From an uncultured Trueperaceae bacterium (lineage in GTDB: Bacteria > Deinococcota > Deinococci > Deinococcales > Trueperaceae): DNA of 64,000 nucleotides. Shown here piece by piece: positions 9,680-19,061 of the stretch. The translations under genes and the position numbers were made by a program. How positions within the stretch are numbered: position 1 is the stretch's first letter; the number at the start of each line of letters is the position of its first letter. Below the pieces are notes generated by a model. It searched no databases, was not told where the DNA came from, and was given only the letters and a program-made list of their open reading frames with translations. Location of the stretch: assembly GCA_963727505.1 (NCBI GenBank), contig CAVSGP010000009.1:576001-640000 (forward strand), in the 5' to 3' direction.

Positions 9680-11110
9680 TCAGGCCACCGCCTCTCGCGC
9701 CACGCCGAAGACGTCGCGTGCGTCGCTCACCTGGCCCGTCACGGCCGCGGCGGCGACCATGACCGGACTCATCAGCACGGTGCGACCGGTGGGGCTACCC
9801 TGCCGGCCCTTGAAGTTGCGGTTGGAGGTGCTCGCGCAGAGCTGGTCGCCCACCAGCTTGTCGGGGTTCATGGCCAGGCACATCGAGCAGCCCGCCTCGC
9901 GCCACTCGAAGCCGGCGGCCTGGAAGATCTTGTCGATGCCGCGCCGTTCGAGCTCCGCCTTGACGTGCTGCGAGCCCGGGACCGCGATGGCGTGGACGTC
10001 GGGGTGCACGCGGCGTCCCTCCAGGTAGCGGGCGGCCTCCACGAAGTCCGAGACGCGACCGTTGGTGCAGGACCCGAAGAACGCCACATCGACCTTGGTG
10101 CCCGCGATGGGGGCGCCAGGGGTCAGCTTCATGTGGGTGAGCGCCTCGGCGATCGCCTCGCGATCGCCCTCGGGCGCCCCTTCTACGGTGGGGACGTTCT
10201 GTTCGATGCTGATCGCCTGACCCGGGTTGATGCCCCAGGTGACCGTGGGCGGGATGTCCTCGGCGCGGATCGTCACCACGTCGTCGTAGGCGCAGCCGGG
10301 GTCGGACGCCAGGGCGCTCCAGCGCTCCACTGCCTCGTTCCAGGCGGCGCCCTCGGGGGCGTACGGCCGGCCCTCGAGGTACGCGAAGGTGGTGGCGTCC
10401 GGGTTGACGTAGCCGCAGCGAGCGCCGCCCTCGATCGACATGTTGCACACCGTCATGCGCTCTTCCATGCTCATGCGGTCGAAGACGTCGCCGCCGTACT
10501 CGTAGGCGTAGCCGAGCCCGCCCTTCACGCCCAGGGTACGGATGATGTGGAGGATGACGTCCTTGGCGTACACGCCCGGGGGGAGCTGGCCGTTCACCTC
10601 GATGCGGCGCACCTTCAGCTCGTTCATGGCCAGGGTCTGGGTGGCGAGCACGTCGCGGACCTGGCTGGTGCCGATGCCGAAGGCGATGGCGCCGAAGGCG
10701 CCGTGGGTCGACGTGTGACTGTCGCCGCAGGCGATGGTGGTGCCGGGCTGGGTGATGCCCTGCTCGGGGCCGACCATGTGCACGATGCCCTGGCTTCCGC
10801 TGTCGAGGTCGAAGAACTCGACGTCGTGTTCCGCGCAGTTCTTGCGCAGCTCGCGGATCATCTCGTCGGCCAGGACGTCCTCGAAGGGCTCGAGCCGGGT
10901 GTGGGTCGGCACGATGTGGTCGACCGTGGCGTAGGTGCGCTCCGGCATCAGCACCTTCAGCCCGCGGTCGCGCAGCATACCGAACGCCTGCGGGCTGGTC
11001 ACCTCGTGGATGAGGTGGGTGTCGATGAAGAGCTGGGCCTGGCCGTTGCGCAGCCGCCGCACGGCGTGCTCCTGCCAGACCTTCTCGTACAGGCTTCGGG
11101 GTCGATCCAT
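9680..11110 (-). CDS. leuC: 3-isopropylmalate dehydratase large subunit
   Basis: [40 protein letters not shown] 11110 follows GAGG. Confidence 0.97.
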   Translation of the reverse strand: MDRPRSLYEKVWQEHAVRRLRNGQAQLFIDTHLIHEVTSPQAFGMLRDRGLKVLMPERTYATVDHIVPTHTRLEPFEDVLADEMIRELRKNCAEHDVEFFDLDSGSQGIVHMVGPEQGITQPGTTIACGDSHTSTHGAFGAIAFGIGTSQVRDVLATQTLAMNELKVRRIEVNGQLPPGVYAKDVILHIIRTLGVKGGLGYAYEYGGDVFDRMSMEERMTVCNMSIEGGARCGYVNPDATTFAYLEGRPYAPEGAAWNEAVERWSALASDPGCAYDDVVTIRAEDIPPTVTWGINPGQAISIEQNVPTVEGAPEGDREAIAEALTHMKLTPGAPIAGTKVDVAFFGSCTNGRVSDFVEAARYLEGRRVHPDVHAIAVPGSQHVKAELERRGIDKIFQAAGFEWREAGCSMCLAMNPDKLVGDQLCASTSNRNFKGRQGSPTGRTVLMSPVMVAAAAVTGQVSDARDVFGVAREAVA

Positions 11111-11153
11111 GCTCTTCCTCTCGCTCGGCGCCCTGGGGCGCCTCCATGACAAC

Positions 11154-11223
11154 GAACGGCCTCCGCACCACTGTGCCGGAGGCCGCGACCGTTCATCTGC
11201 AGGCTCACGAGTCGGCTCGCGAG
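11154..11223 (-). promoter_or_regulatory. Two hairpins between the leader peptide and leuC (putative attenuator)
   Basis: On the mRNA strand: CTCGCGAG-ccga-CTCGTGAG (11204-11223), then GGCCTCCG-GCAC-agtg-GTGC-GGAGGCC (11158-11184) followed by GTTCGTTGTC. Confidence 0.6.
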
Positions 11224-11224
11224 T

Positions 11225-11305
11225 CTAGACGCGGACGGGCCCACCTCCTTGTAGCAACACGCTCTGCCACAGATTGATGACCCTCAAGCGCCGACGGATT
11301 CGCAT
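11225..11305 (-). CDS. Putative leu operon leader peptide (26 aa)
   Basis: MRIRRRLRVINLWQSVLLQGGGPVRV*. The tandem Leu codons TTG CTA are rare in this genome. Starts 7 nt after a consensus -10. Confidence 0.75.
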   Translation of the reverse strand: MRIRRRLRVINLWQSVLLQGGGPVRV

Positions 11306-11312
11306 TGGGCAG

Positions 11313-11341
11313 AGTATACGGGGGGTGATAGGAGGTGTCAA
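11313..11341 (-). promoter_or_regulatory. Sigma70-type promoter of the leu leader/operon
   Basis: TTGACA (11341-11336), 17-nt spacer, TATACT (11318-11313). Confidence 0.85.
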
Positions 11342-11601
11342 CGCGCGGGTGGGCTCATCGATTGGCGCGATTTTCTGGTTCACCCCTAGGCTGGGCCCCC
11401 GAGGGCATCCCATGGCCTAGCGCGCTGAGACTGCACCCTGGCCCGGAAGAAGTTGCGTCAGCTGTCGCGAAGGTCTTGGCCGCTATGGTCCGGTTCACTT
11501 TCAGCTGCTTCTGGGCCCTGCTGGATACCGTCACACTCCACCACGGCTGCGATCCTTCTGCTCGAATCCATCCTGGATTCTCCCGTCCCGCCTGACGGCG
11601 G

Positions 11602-11883
11602 CTACGCCGAATGATGCCGTGTCGGTGCGGCCGGCCCCGTAGCGATATCGACGTCCTTCACGCCCCTGACGAGGAGCCACAGAGCCAGCCCGACCTCAGC
11701 AACGAAGCTCACAACGAGACCGGGGTAGGTGATCTCAGGGTGGGCCGGCAGTAGCAGCGCTTGAGAGAACCAGACCAAGACAGCAATTCCATCGACCATC
11801 AGGAGGACGCCCAGCAACCGAGGCAACGACCTCGACTTGTAGACCGGATAACCGAGCGGGAACAACCACGTTCCGAAGAACAA
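11602..11883 (-). pseudogene. C-terminal remnant of a DUF4386-like membrane protein
   Basis: FFGTWLFPLGYPVYKSRSLPRLLGVLLMVDG ... AEVGLALWLLVRGVK matches the C-terminal part of this family. No N-terminal portion or convincing start. Confidence 0.6.
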
Positions 11884-12003
11884 CTGCGCTGGCGTTGCCT
11901 TCCTTCGCGGACACCCTTCCGCTTGAGGTTCAGCTTGAGAAGGGTCAGAGTGTCCTATGCATCAAGAGCGTTCCACACGCACGAGGTCCTAGGGGGTTGT
12001 GCA

Positions 12004-13059
12004 ATGCCATCGGAGTTTCTGCTCTACGGCGCGACGGGTTTCGTCGGTGAAGCGATCGCCCGGCAGGCGATCGCGCGAGGGCTACGGCCGGTGGTGGCGG
12101 GGCGCGATCCCCTGCGTGTGGCTGCGCTGGCGAAGACGTTGGGCGTCGAGCATCGGGTCTTCGCGCTTGACGACCCTGACGCGATGGACGAAGCACTGGC
12201 GGAGGTACCCGCCGTCCTCCATTGCGCGGGGCCCTACATCCATACGGCCGCGGCGATGGTGGACGGCTGTCTTCGTTCGGGCACGCACTACTTGGATATC
12301 ACCGGGGAGCTGCCGGTCTACGCGGCGATCGCACAGCGCGATGCCGAAGCCAGGAGCCAGGGCGCGATGTTGCTGCCAGGCGTGGGGTTCGACGTTGTGC
12401 CGACCGACTGCCTGGCGCTGCACCTGAAGCAGCGCCTACCGTCGGCGACACACTTGGCGCTTGCCTTCCACTCGGATGGGCCGGCCGCCTTGCCGCCAGG
12501 AACGGTGAAGACGATGTTCGCGCACGTGCCTGGCGGTGAAAGGGTTCGAGTGAACGGCGCACTGGTGACGCCATCGCGTCGGGTCAAGACGAGACAGATC
12601 GATTTCGGGAATGGACCGCGGACAGCGCTGCGGCGGACTTGGGGCGATGTGTTCATGGCGTACGAGAGCACCGGCGTCCCGAACATCGAAGACTACATCG
12701 TGCTATCGGCAGCCGCGCGACGCGGGCTCGCGATGATGGACTATGCGCGTCCGCTGTTCAAGTTCGGCGCGGTGCGCACGTTGATGGCGCGCATGGTGAG
12801 GTCGGGATCGACGGTCGAGGAACGCGCGCAGACGCAGGTGAGCGTCTGGGGCGAGGTGGTGGACAACGAAGGGGGTCGCGCTGTGTCGCGGTTGCACGGC
12901 CCGGAGGCCGGAGTCGAGTGGACGAGCCGGGCCGCGCTTTCGGCTGTGCGGCGTGTGCTGCAAGGCGACGCCAGGCCGGGATTCCAAACGCCCGCGACGG
13001 CCTACGGCGCGGACTTTGTGCTGGAGTGCGAAGGCGTCGTCCGCGAAGACGTGGAGTAG
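12004..13059 (+). CDS. Saccharopine dehydrogenase-like / trans-acting enoyl reductase family oxidoreductase
   Basis: LLYGATGFVG Rossmann motif, HCAGPY, HYLDITGE, GVGFDVVPTDC, GFQTPA. Confidence 0.88.
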   Translation: MPSEFLLYGATGFVGEAIARQAIARGLRPVVAGRDPLRVAALAKTLGVEHRVFALDDPDAMDEALAEVPAVLHCAGPYIHTAAAMVDGCLRSGTHYLDITGELPVYAAIAQRDAEARSQGAMLLPGVGFDVVPTDCLALHLKQRLPSATHLALAFHSDGPAALPPGTVKTMFAHVPGGERVRVNGALVTPSRRVKTRQIDFGNGPRTALRRTWGDVFMAYESTGVPNIEDYIVLSAAARRGLAMMDYARPLFKFGAVRTLMARMVRSGSTVEERAQTQVSVWGEVVDNEGGRAVSRLHGPEAGVEWTSRAALSAVRRVLQGDARPGFQTPATAYGADFVLECEGVVREDVE

Positions 13060-13292
13060 GAACGCGGCAGATGGTGCGCGGTCGTGGCTCGACTTCTGCC
13101 TTCGATCGAAGGCGCTGGGACCGGGTAGGGGAAGTGTACGCGCCAGCGCTCGACCGCGTTGGCGTGCCCGGTGGTCCCCCACGGGGTTCCGAAGGGACGC
13201 AGGCAACGTGCGAAGTGGCTCGCGTGGGGTAAGCATGAGGCGGCCGGCTCCGCCGTGATTCGGCGTTGGGGCCGGACCGAAGGGGGTCGGTC

Positions 13293-13874
13293 GTGCAGCG
13301 CAACATGACGCTCGTTCTGTTCATCGCCGGCTTGGCGCTGGGCGTGGTCGCCTTCTTCGAGGGCGGCTGGAGCCGCGTGCTGTCCGGACTGAGCGGCACA
13401 GGGCACCTGCTGATCGGCGTGACGCTGCTCATCGTGGCCGCGTTCGTGCTGGCCGGCCTCATCCAGGTGATGATCTCGAAGGAGACGGTGACGCGCTGGC
13501 TGGGTGAGGAGTCGGGCTGGCGTGGCTTCCTGATCGGTGGGGTGGCCGGCGCCCTCATCCCGGGCGGACCCTACGTCTACTACCCGATCGCCGTGGCGTT
13601 CCTGCGCAGCGGCGCGAACATCGGCATCATCGTCACCTTCGTGGTGGCCAAGAACCTGTGGACGTTGAGCCGGCTCCCCATCGAGGTGGCGCTGCTGGGC
13701 GTGCACGTCACCTGGGTCCGCTACCTGGTGACGCTCGTCTTCCCGCCGTTGGCGGGGCTGCTGGCCCAGCTCCTGTTCCGGGGTGGCGGTCGCTGGGTCC
13801 ACGAGGGGCTCCCGGCCACCGAGAAGGGCGGTCGCAACGCCGAGCCGACGCCCGGTGGGACCGGGCCTGCATGA
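13293..13874 (+). CDS. Predicted permease (DUF318/ArsP-like half)
   Basis: Hydrophobic; AGLIQVMISKETVTRWLG and GALIPGGPYV. GTG start follows AGGGGG. Confidence 0.75.
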   Translation: MQRNMTLVLFIAGLALGVVAFFEGGWSRVLSGLSGTGHLLIGVTLLIVAAFVLAGLIQVMISKETVTRWLGEESGWRGFLIGGVAGALIPGGPYVYYPIAVAFLRSGANIGIIVTFVVAKNLWTLSRLPIEVALLGVHVTWVRYLVTLVFPPLAGLLAQLLFRGGGRWVHEGLPATEKGGRNAEPTPGGTGPA

Positions 13875-14356
13875 GTATCGCCACGGTGATCATCGCGGTC
13901 CTCGCGTTGTTGATGGCGGGCCTCGCCTATCGCCAGGACCCGGCCAGGCCGCTGGCGGGTACGGTGGCTGGTCTCAAGATGCTGTGGGGGATGTTGCCGC
14001 TGTTGCTGGCGGCGTTCTTCGTGGCGGGGATGATGGCGGTGGCGCTCCCGCCCGCGCTCGTGCACCGCTGGCTGGCGAGTTCGTCGGGTGTCCTCGACGT
14101 GGTGATCGGCTCGGTGGCCGGGGCGTTGATCCCCGGTGGCCCCTACGTGTCCTTCCCGATCATCGCCGCGATCCATGACGCCGGCGCTAGCCTGGCGGCC
14201 ACGGTCTCGCTGGTGACGGGCTGGGCAGTTTGGAACGTGGGGCTGCTCAGCTTCGAGCTGGCCATCGTCGGACCGCGCTTCACCCTCATCCGGGTGGTGA
14301 GCACACTGCTCTTGCCGCCCGCGGCCGGCCTGCTCGCGCGTGCGCTGTTCGGTTGA
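13871..14356 (+). CDS. Predicted permease (DUF318/ArsP-like half), paralog of the upstream gene
   Basis: Shares GALIPGGPYV and the R-W-L motif; ATGA overlap with the upstream permease. Confidence 0.75.
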   Translation: MSIATVIIAVLALLMAGLAYRQDPARPLAGTVAGLKMLWGMLPLLLAAFFVAGMMAVALPPALVHRWLASSSGVLDVVIGSVAGALIPGGPYVSFPIIAAIHDAGASLAATVSLVTGWAVWNVGLLSFELAIVGPRFTLIRVVSTLLLPPAAGLLARALFG

Positions 14357-14455
14357 AGCCGCGTGCGCTGTTCGGTTGAAGCCCGGTTCGGTTGAAGCCC
14401 GGTCCGGTTGGAACCCGGTTGAGCTGGAACCCGGTTGAGCTGGAACCCGGTTCGG
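14338..14455. repeat. 23-bp duplication plus degenerate 16-bp tandem repeat
   Basis: gcgtgcgctgttcggttgaagcc x2 (14338-14383), then cggttcggttgaagcc, cggtccggttggaacc, cggttgagctggaacc x2, and a partial unit. Confidence 0.85.
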
Positions 14456-14555
14456 TGGCGCGTAGCGCGAGGCCACCGGGGACGTCAGCCCGCGGCGCTC
14501 ACGTTCGGCTCGCGACGGTCCGCGCGATGGGTCAGCGATCGCAGGCGCCTTCGGC

Positions 14556-15098
14556 TCAATCTCGAAGGCAGGTCGCGGCGTAGACGCGACCCCAGTACCT
14601 CGAAGGAGCGGTCGCCACCACGCGAGCTTCACCGAATCCGGCTTCCCGAGCCAGCCCGGGCCAACGCCCGGCCGGGATCGGGTGCGGAACCCAGGGATTG
14701 CCGCGCTTGACGTCGTACTCCATCACGACCAGAACACCGCCCGAACGCAGCATCGTGCGCAGTTGCTGCAGGAGCGCCGGCTGCTTGTTTCGCGGGACGA
14801 AGTGCAGCGCGTTCGCCATCAGCACACCGTCCAGGGGAGGGAGGTCGAGCGGCTCCGTGAAGTCCATCTCCAGCACATCGATCGTGGCGGCGTGCGCGCC
14901 GGCGAACGAGGCCAGACGCCGCAAGGCCGTGCCGTCGCGATCGACGGCGTGGACGGTGGCCCGGTTGCCGAGGAGGTCGGCCAGCGCCAGAGTGAACGCG
15001 CCACTGCCGCATCCGAGGTCGGCCCACACGGAGGCTCGCCCGGCTCGCTCGCCGGGGAGCGCGGCATGCAGGAGATCGCGACGTTGCTCCGGCGTCAT
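14556..15098 (-). CDS. Class I SAM-dependent methyltransferase
   Basis: WADLGCGSGAFT motif I, DGVLMANALHF, LRSGG. Confidence 0.85.
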   Translation of the reverse strand: MTPEQRRDLLHAALPGERAGRASVWADLGCGSGAFTLALADLLGNRATVHAVDRDGTALRRLASFAGAHAATIDVLEMDFTEPLDLPPLDGVLMANALHFVPRNKQPALLQQLRTMLRSGGVLVVMEYDVKRGNPWVPHPIPAGRWPGLAREAGFGEARVVATAPSRYWGRVYAATCLRD

Positions 15099-15245
15099 GC
15101 CGGGCTCACGAGCGCGTCGCACGGCCCACGAAACCGTGACGTGCCGGTGGCGCGCGGACTATGGTGGCGGGGTGTCGCGCCGGCGCCATCGGACCGGACC
15201 CCTTCGCGCGCCGAGTAGACGGCGCGCCGGAGCGGTGGGCGGACG

Positions 15246-16538
15246 GTGGTAGGGGAGGAACCCGGATCGGAAGGGAGCATCGCGACGCGGCCCCGGCTCG
15301 GCATTCCGCCCGAGAGCCTGCCGGTGGCCGTGGTGGTGTTCCTGGGGGGCATCGGTGGAGGCATCGCGTTCCCCATTATCCCGATCCTCGGCGTGCAACT
15401 GGGCCTACCCGCTTTCCTGGTGGGCTGGATCCTCTCGGCCAACCGCGTCACCCGGCTCTTCGCCAACCCCGTCACCGGTGGGCTGATCGACCGCTACGGG
15501 GGCAAGGGACCGTTGACCGTCGGCCTGTTCATCGAGGCGCTCGCCACCGGCACCTACAGCCTGGCGTTGCACACGGCCTTCCCGGGATTGCTGCTGCTTG
15601 TAGGCAGGGCGATCTGGGGGATCGGCTCGTCCGCCATCATCGTCGGGGGCGTCACCATCGCACTCAACGCCTCGTCCGAGGCGAACCGCGGGCGCAGCAC
15701 GGCGGCGGTCCGGTTGGCGCTGAGCCTCGGCCTCCCGGCGGGGATGCTCGCCGGGGGGCTGGTCGCGGGGTTCGTGAGCAACGACGCCGCCTTCCTGTTC
15801 GCGGCCACCGTCACGTTCCTGGCCGGGCTGCTGGCGTGGTGGACGGTGCCCAGCACGGAGCCGGGTCGGACGGGCGTCTCCGACGAGCAGGAGAGGCGGA
15901 CGCCTTTGTGGAGGCGTGTGCGGAACGCAGCGGCGAATGTGGTCCAGGCCGATCGCCGGGTGCAGGCGGTGTGGCTCGCCAACCTGCTGGTCTTCTTCTC
16001 GATTCAGGGCACGCTGTTGGCGACCCTGGTGTTGCTCATTCATGCGCGCGGCATCAGCGTCGCGGGCCTGGCCGAACAGCCCATGGCCGGAGCCCTGCTC
16101 GCCGTGATGATGCTGGCGTCCGCCGGCGTCACCGTCTACCTGGGGGCGGCGCTCGACCGCGTACCGACCCGGACGGGCCTGGCGCTACCGGGCGTGGTGG
16201 CGGCCGCGGCGGGGTTCGTCGTCCTTGCGTTGACGAGCAGCCCGTGGCTCGCCGTTGCGGGCGTCGTCCTCCTGGGCGTGGGGATGGGTGGCACCTCGAT
16301 CCCCTTGCTCACACTGCTGGGCGATCTCACGCCTGCATCGCATCGCGGCCAGGTGGTGGGCTACTACCAGTTCTTCGGCGATGTCGGCGGCAGCCTCGGC
16401 CCGGTCCTGGGCATCGAGCTGGTGACAGGTTGGGGCTTCGTGCCGACCTATCTCGGCGTCGCCGCCCTGCTGCTAGCGGAGATCCCGCTGCTCGCGTTGT
16501 TGTGGAGGGCCGAACGGCGGCTGCGCCGGCGTGCTTGA
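15246..16538 (+). CDS. MFS transporter
   Basis: About 12 TM; motif A GGLIDRYGGK; C-half GDVGGSLGPVLG. Confidence 0.88.
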   Translation: MVGEEPGSEGSIATRPRLGIPPESLPVAVVVFLGGIGGGIAFPIIPILGVQLGLPAFLVGWILSANRVTRLFANPVTGGLIDRYGGKGPLTVGLFIEALATGTYSLALHTAFPGLLLLVGRAIWGIGSSAIIVGGVTIALNASSEANRGRSTAAVRLALSLGLPAGMLAGGLVAGFVSNDAAFLFAATVTFLAGLLAWWTVPSTEPGRTGVSDEQERRTPLWRRVRNAAANVVQADRRVQAVWLANLLVFFSIQGTLLATLVLLIHARGISVAGLAEQPMAGALLAVMMLASAGVTVYLGAALDRVPTRTGLALPGVVAAAAGFVVLALTSSPWLAVAGVVLLGVGMGGTSIPLLTLLGDLTPASHRGQVVGYYQFFGDVGGSLGPVLGIELVTGWGFVPTYLGVAALLLAEIPLLALLWRAERRLRRRA

Positions 16539-16596
16539 GCACACAACCAGCGCATCACTGCCGCCGCATCCCCGCCCGCACGTTCCCCTCCGACCG

Positions 16597-18672
16597 TCAG
16601 GAGGTTGCCGCCAGGACCCTGAAGCGGTCGCGCAGGACCATGCCCAGTCCGGCCACCAGCGCCACCACGTTGACGAGCGTGGCGGGGTAGAGCAGCACCA
16701 GGCCGACCGCCATCAGGATCCAGCGCTCCCAGGGCACCAGCTTGTGCATGAGGAACCCGGCACCTCCCGCCGCCAGCAGGATGATGCCGACCAATGCGAA
16801 GACGAAGCGGGGGATGATGATCAGGAGCGCCTGGCCGGTGCTCAACCCCTCGACCACCGGCACGATCAGCAGCGCGGTGCCGCTGTAGGACAGCAGGAAG
16901 GTGAAGCCGATGAGGTACTTCGGAAGCGCCACCATCGCTGCATACAGACCGGTCTGGATGGGATTGGTCTTGAACACCGACGCGGCCGCGTAGGCCGACA
17001 GCCCCACGGGCGGTGTGATGTCGGCCAGGACGGCGTAGTAGAACAGGAACATCTGCGTGGCAAGGAGCGCCGCATGCTCGGGCACGCCGTTGGCCACGAC
17101 GAGCTTCTGCACCGCTGGAGCGACCAGTGCCGAGGTGAGCACGTAGGTGGCGATGGGGGGAACGCCCATGCCGAGCACCAGGCTGAACAGCGCCGCCAGG
17201 ATGGTGGCGATGGCCAGCGACTGGCCCGAGATCGCCAGCAGGATCTCGGAGACCTTGGAGGCCAGCCCGGTCAGCACCATCATGGTCATGATCATGTTGG
17301 CCGCGACCACCGCCCCTCCGATCGGGATGAGGTGGCTGAAGCCGTTGGCCAGGCCTTCGAAGAGCTTGCCGATGGGCGGACGTACGGTGGGGTCGAGGTA
17401 GGCGAGCAGGATGAAGGCGAAGATCGCGAGCGTGACAGTGAGGTTGACCGAGTAGCCGCGATAGATCATGACCAGGATCAGCAGCACCGGCAGGAAGACG
17501 TAGGCGTAACGGAACGCGTAGCTCCGGTCGATCCCCTCGACGGTCTCGATGGCCTCGAGCTTCATCTTGCGGACGTAGAACTCGTTGTAGGCCCAGATCG
17601 CGATGAACAGCAGGACCATCGGCCCGATCGCCATCACGATGATCTGGATGTAGGGGATGGCCAGCAGCTCCACCATCACGAAGGCGATCGAGCCCATGAT
17701 GGGAGGCGTGATGTAGGCGATCGTGCCGACCGTCGAGCACAAGCCTGCCGCGATCAGGCGGTTGTAGCCGGCGCGCCTGAACAGGGGCTCGTTGAGCGTT
17801 GAAACGAACAGCGTGTCGGCCGCGCCCGACCCGGAGAACCAGCCCATCATCACGGCCATCACGCTGGTGGCGCGGCCCGGCGCCGCCGGGCTCTTGCCTA
17901 CCAGCAAGAAGGCGATGTTGGCGATGATCTCGCCGAACCCGAGTGCCGAGATGACGGCGCCCAGGATGGTGAAGTAGACCAGGTACTTGAGCGACACGCC
18001 GGTGATGATGCCGAAGAGGCCGGCCTCGGTCTCGGCGTAGAGCTTGCCGAGGATCATGTCGAGCGGGAAGCCGGGGCTCTGCAGCGTGCCCGGGACGAGG
18101 TATCCGTAGAGGTTGTAGAGCAGGAAGATCAGGACCAGGCTCGGGAGCACCGGGCCGAGCATGCGGTACACGATGCCCAGCACCAGGAAGGTCAGCCCGA
18201 AGGACATGGCGAGGTCCCACGGCACCGGCAGCATGGCCCGGCTCACCAGGTCGTTGAACTGCAGCAATAGGTAGAGGAAGGGTGCCAGGCTGAGCACCGC
18301 CGCGAGCAGATCGAAGGCCCGCGCCACGCGGGGCACGACGGCCGGCGCCACGGCGACCAGCCAGAACAGCGTCGTGGCGAGCTCCACGATCAGAGGCTGG
18401 CCGAGCTGCCAGAACGCGTAGAGGGGCACGGCCGCGAGCAGGGTGAAGATCCAGGACCCGATGCCGACCTTGGTCGGCTTCCGGGCCACCATCAACAGAT
18501 AGCCGGCGAGCACCAGCAGGAACACGTGCGCGGCACGTTGGACCTGCGTCAGGTCGAGCAGCGGGATCTCGCTGTTCGACCAGGGCATGAACGGATGGAT
18601 GACGAGATACAGGTGGTACAGGGTCGCGACCAGCAGGACCCCGAAGGTGATGCGCTTCAGAAGGGCGGCCAC
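16597..18672 (-). CDS. TRAP transporter 4TM/12TM fused permease (TAXI-associated)
   Basis: SGSGAAD, ITPPIMG, LGMGVPPIATY, LADITPPVG motifs. GTG start at 18672 is inferred. Confidence 0.9.
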   Translation of the reverse strand: MAALLKRITFGVLLVATLYHLYLVIHPFMPWSNSEIPLLDLTQVQRAAHVFLLVLAGYLLMVARKPTKVGIGSWIFTLLAAVPLYAFWQLGQPLIVELATTLFWLVAVAPAVVPRVARAFDLLAAVLSLAPFLYLLLQFNDLVSRAMLPVPWDLAMSFGLTFLVLGIVYRMLGPVLPSLVLIFLLYNLYGYLVPGTLQSPGFPLDMILGKLYAETEAGLFGIITGVSLKYLVYFTILGAVISALGFGEIIANIAFLLVGKSPAAPGRATSVMAVMMGWFSGSGAADTLFVSTLNEPLFRRAGYNRLIAAGLCSTVGTIAYITPPIMGSIAFVMVELLAIPYIQIIVMAIGPMVLLFIAIWAYNEFYVRKMKLEAIETVEGIDRSYAFRYAYVFLPVLLILVMIYRGYSVNLTVTLAIFAFILLAYLDPTVRPPIGKLFEGLANGFSHLIPIGGAVVAANMIMTMMVLTGLASKVSEILLAISGQSLAIATILAALFSLVLGMGVPPIATYVLTSALVAPAVQKLVVANGVPEHAALLATQMFLFYYAVLADITPPVGLSAYAAASVFKTNPIQTGLYAAMVALPKYLIGFTFLLSYSGTALLIVPVVEGLSTGQALLIIIPRFVFALVGIILLAAGGAGFLMHKLVPWERWILMAVGLVLLYPATLVNVVALVAGLGMVLRDRFRVLAATS

Positions 18673-19058
18673 AGCAGGGTGATCTCCAGGCAGCTGTCTC
18701 GCAGGGTGGTGTGTTGGGTGCCGAGGCGCACGTGCATACCGACGACGGTGCAGTAGTCCAGCGACCGGGTGCGCTGCGGCGCGAGCCTTGCGTTGATGCG
18801 GTAGGTGCCGCTGGTGTAGTAGTTCTCCGTCTTCTCGTCGGTGAGCATGCGGAAGTGGTCGAAGCCGGTGCGCAGGTCGAAGCGGATCCGGACCGGGCCG
18901 CCCGTCACCGAGTTGGTGAACGCCACCTCGCCGCTCTGCCAGGCCCACAACCACACGATGTGATCGCCGACGTCGCCGCTCAGGCGCACCGGACGGGCGA
19001 GCGCCAGAATCAGGACCCCCACCACCAGGATGGGGGCCCAGATCAGGCTTCTACGCAT
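18657..19058 (-). CDS. DUF1850-like small accessory protein of a TAXI-TRAP system
   Basis: N-terminal TM; FTNSVTGGPV resembles the family HSVxxxPV motif; sits between the TAXI receptor and the fused permease. Confidence 0.6.
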   Translation of the reverse strand: MRRSLIWAPILVVGVLILALARPVRLSGDVGDHIVWLWAWQSGEVAFTNSVTGGPVRIRFDLRTGFDHFRMLTDEKTENYYTSGTYRINARLAPQRTRSLDYCTVVGMHVRLGTQHTTLRDSCLEITLLWPPF

Positions 19059-19061
19059 GGA

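Noticed and set aside
11111..11341. T-box riboswitch before leuC
   Set aside because: No UGGNACC T-box bulge or specifier stem was found; a leader peptide explains the region better.
14338..14455. Possible CRISPR array
   Set aside because: Units abut directly with no unique spacers, and there are no cas genes in the window.
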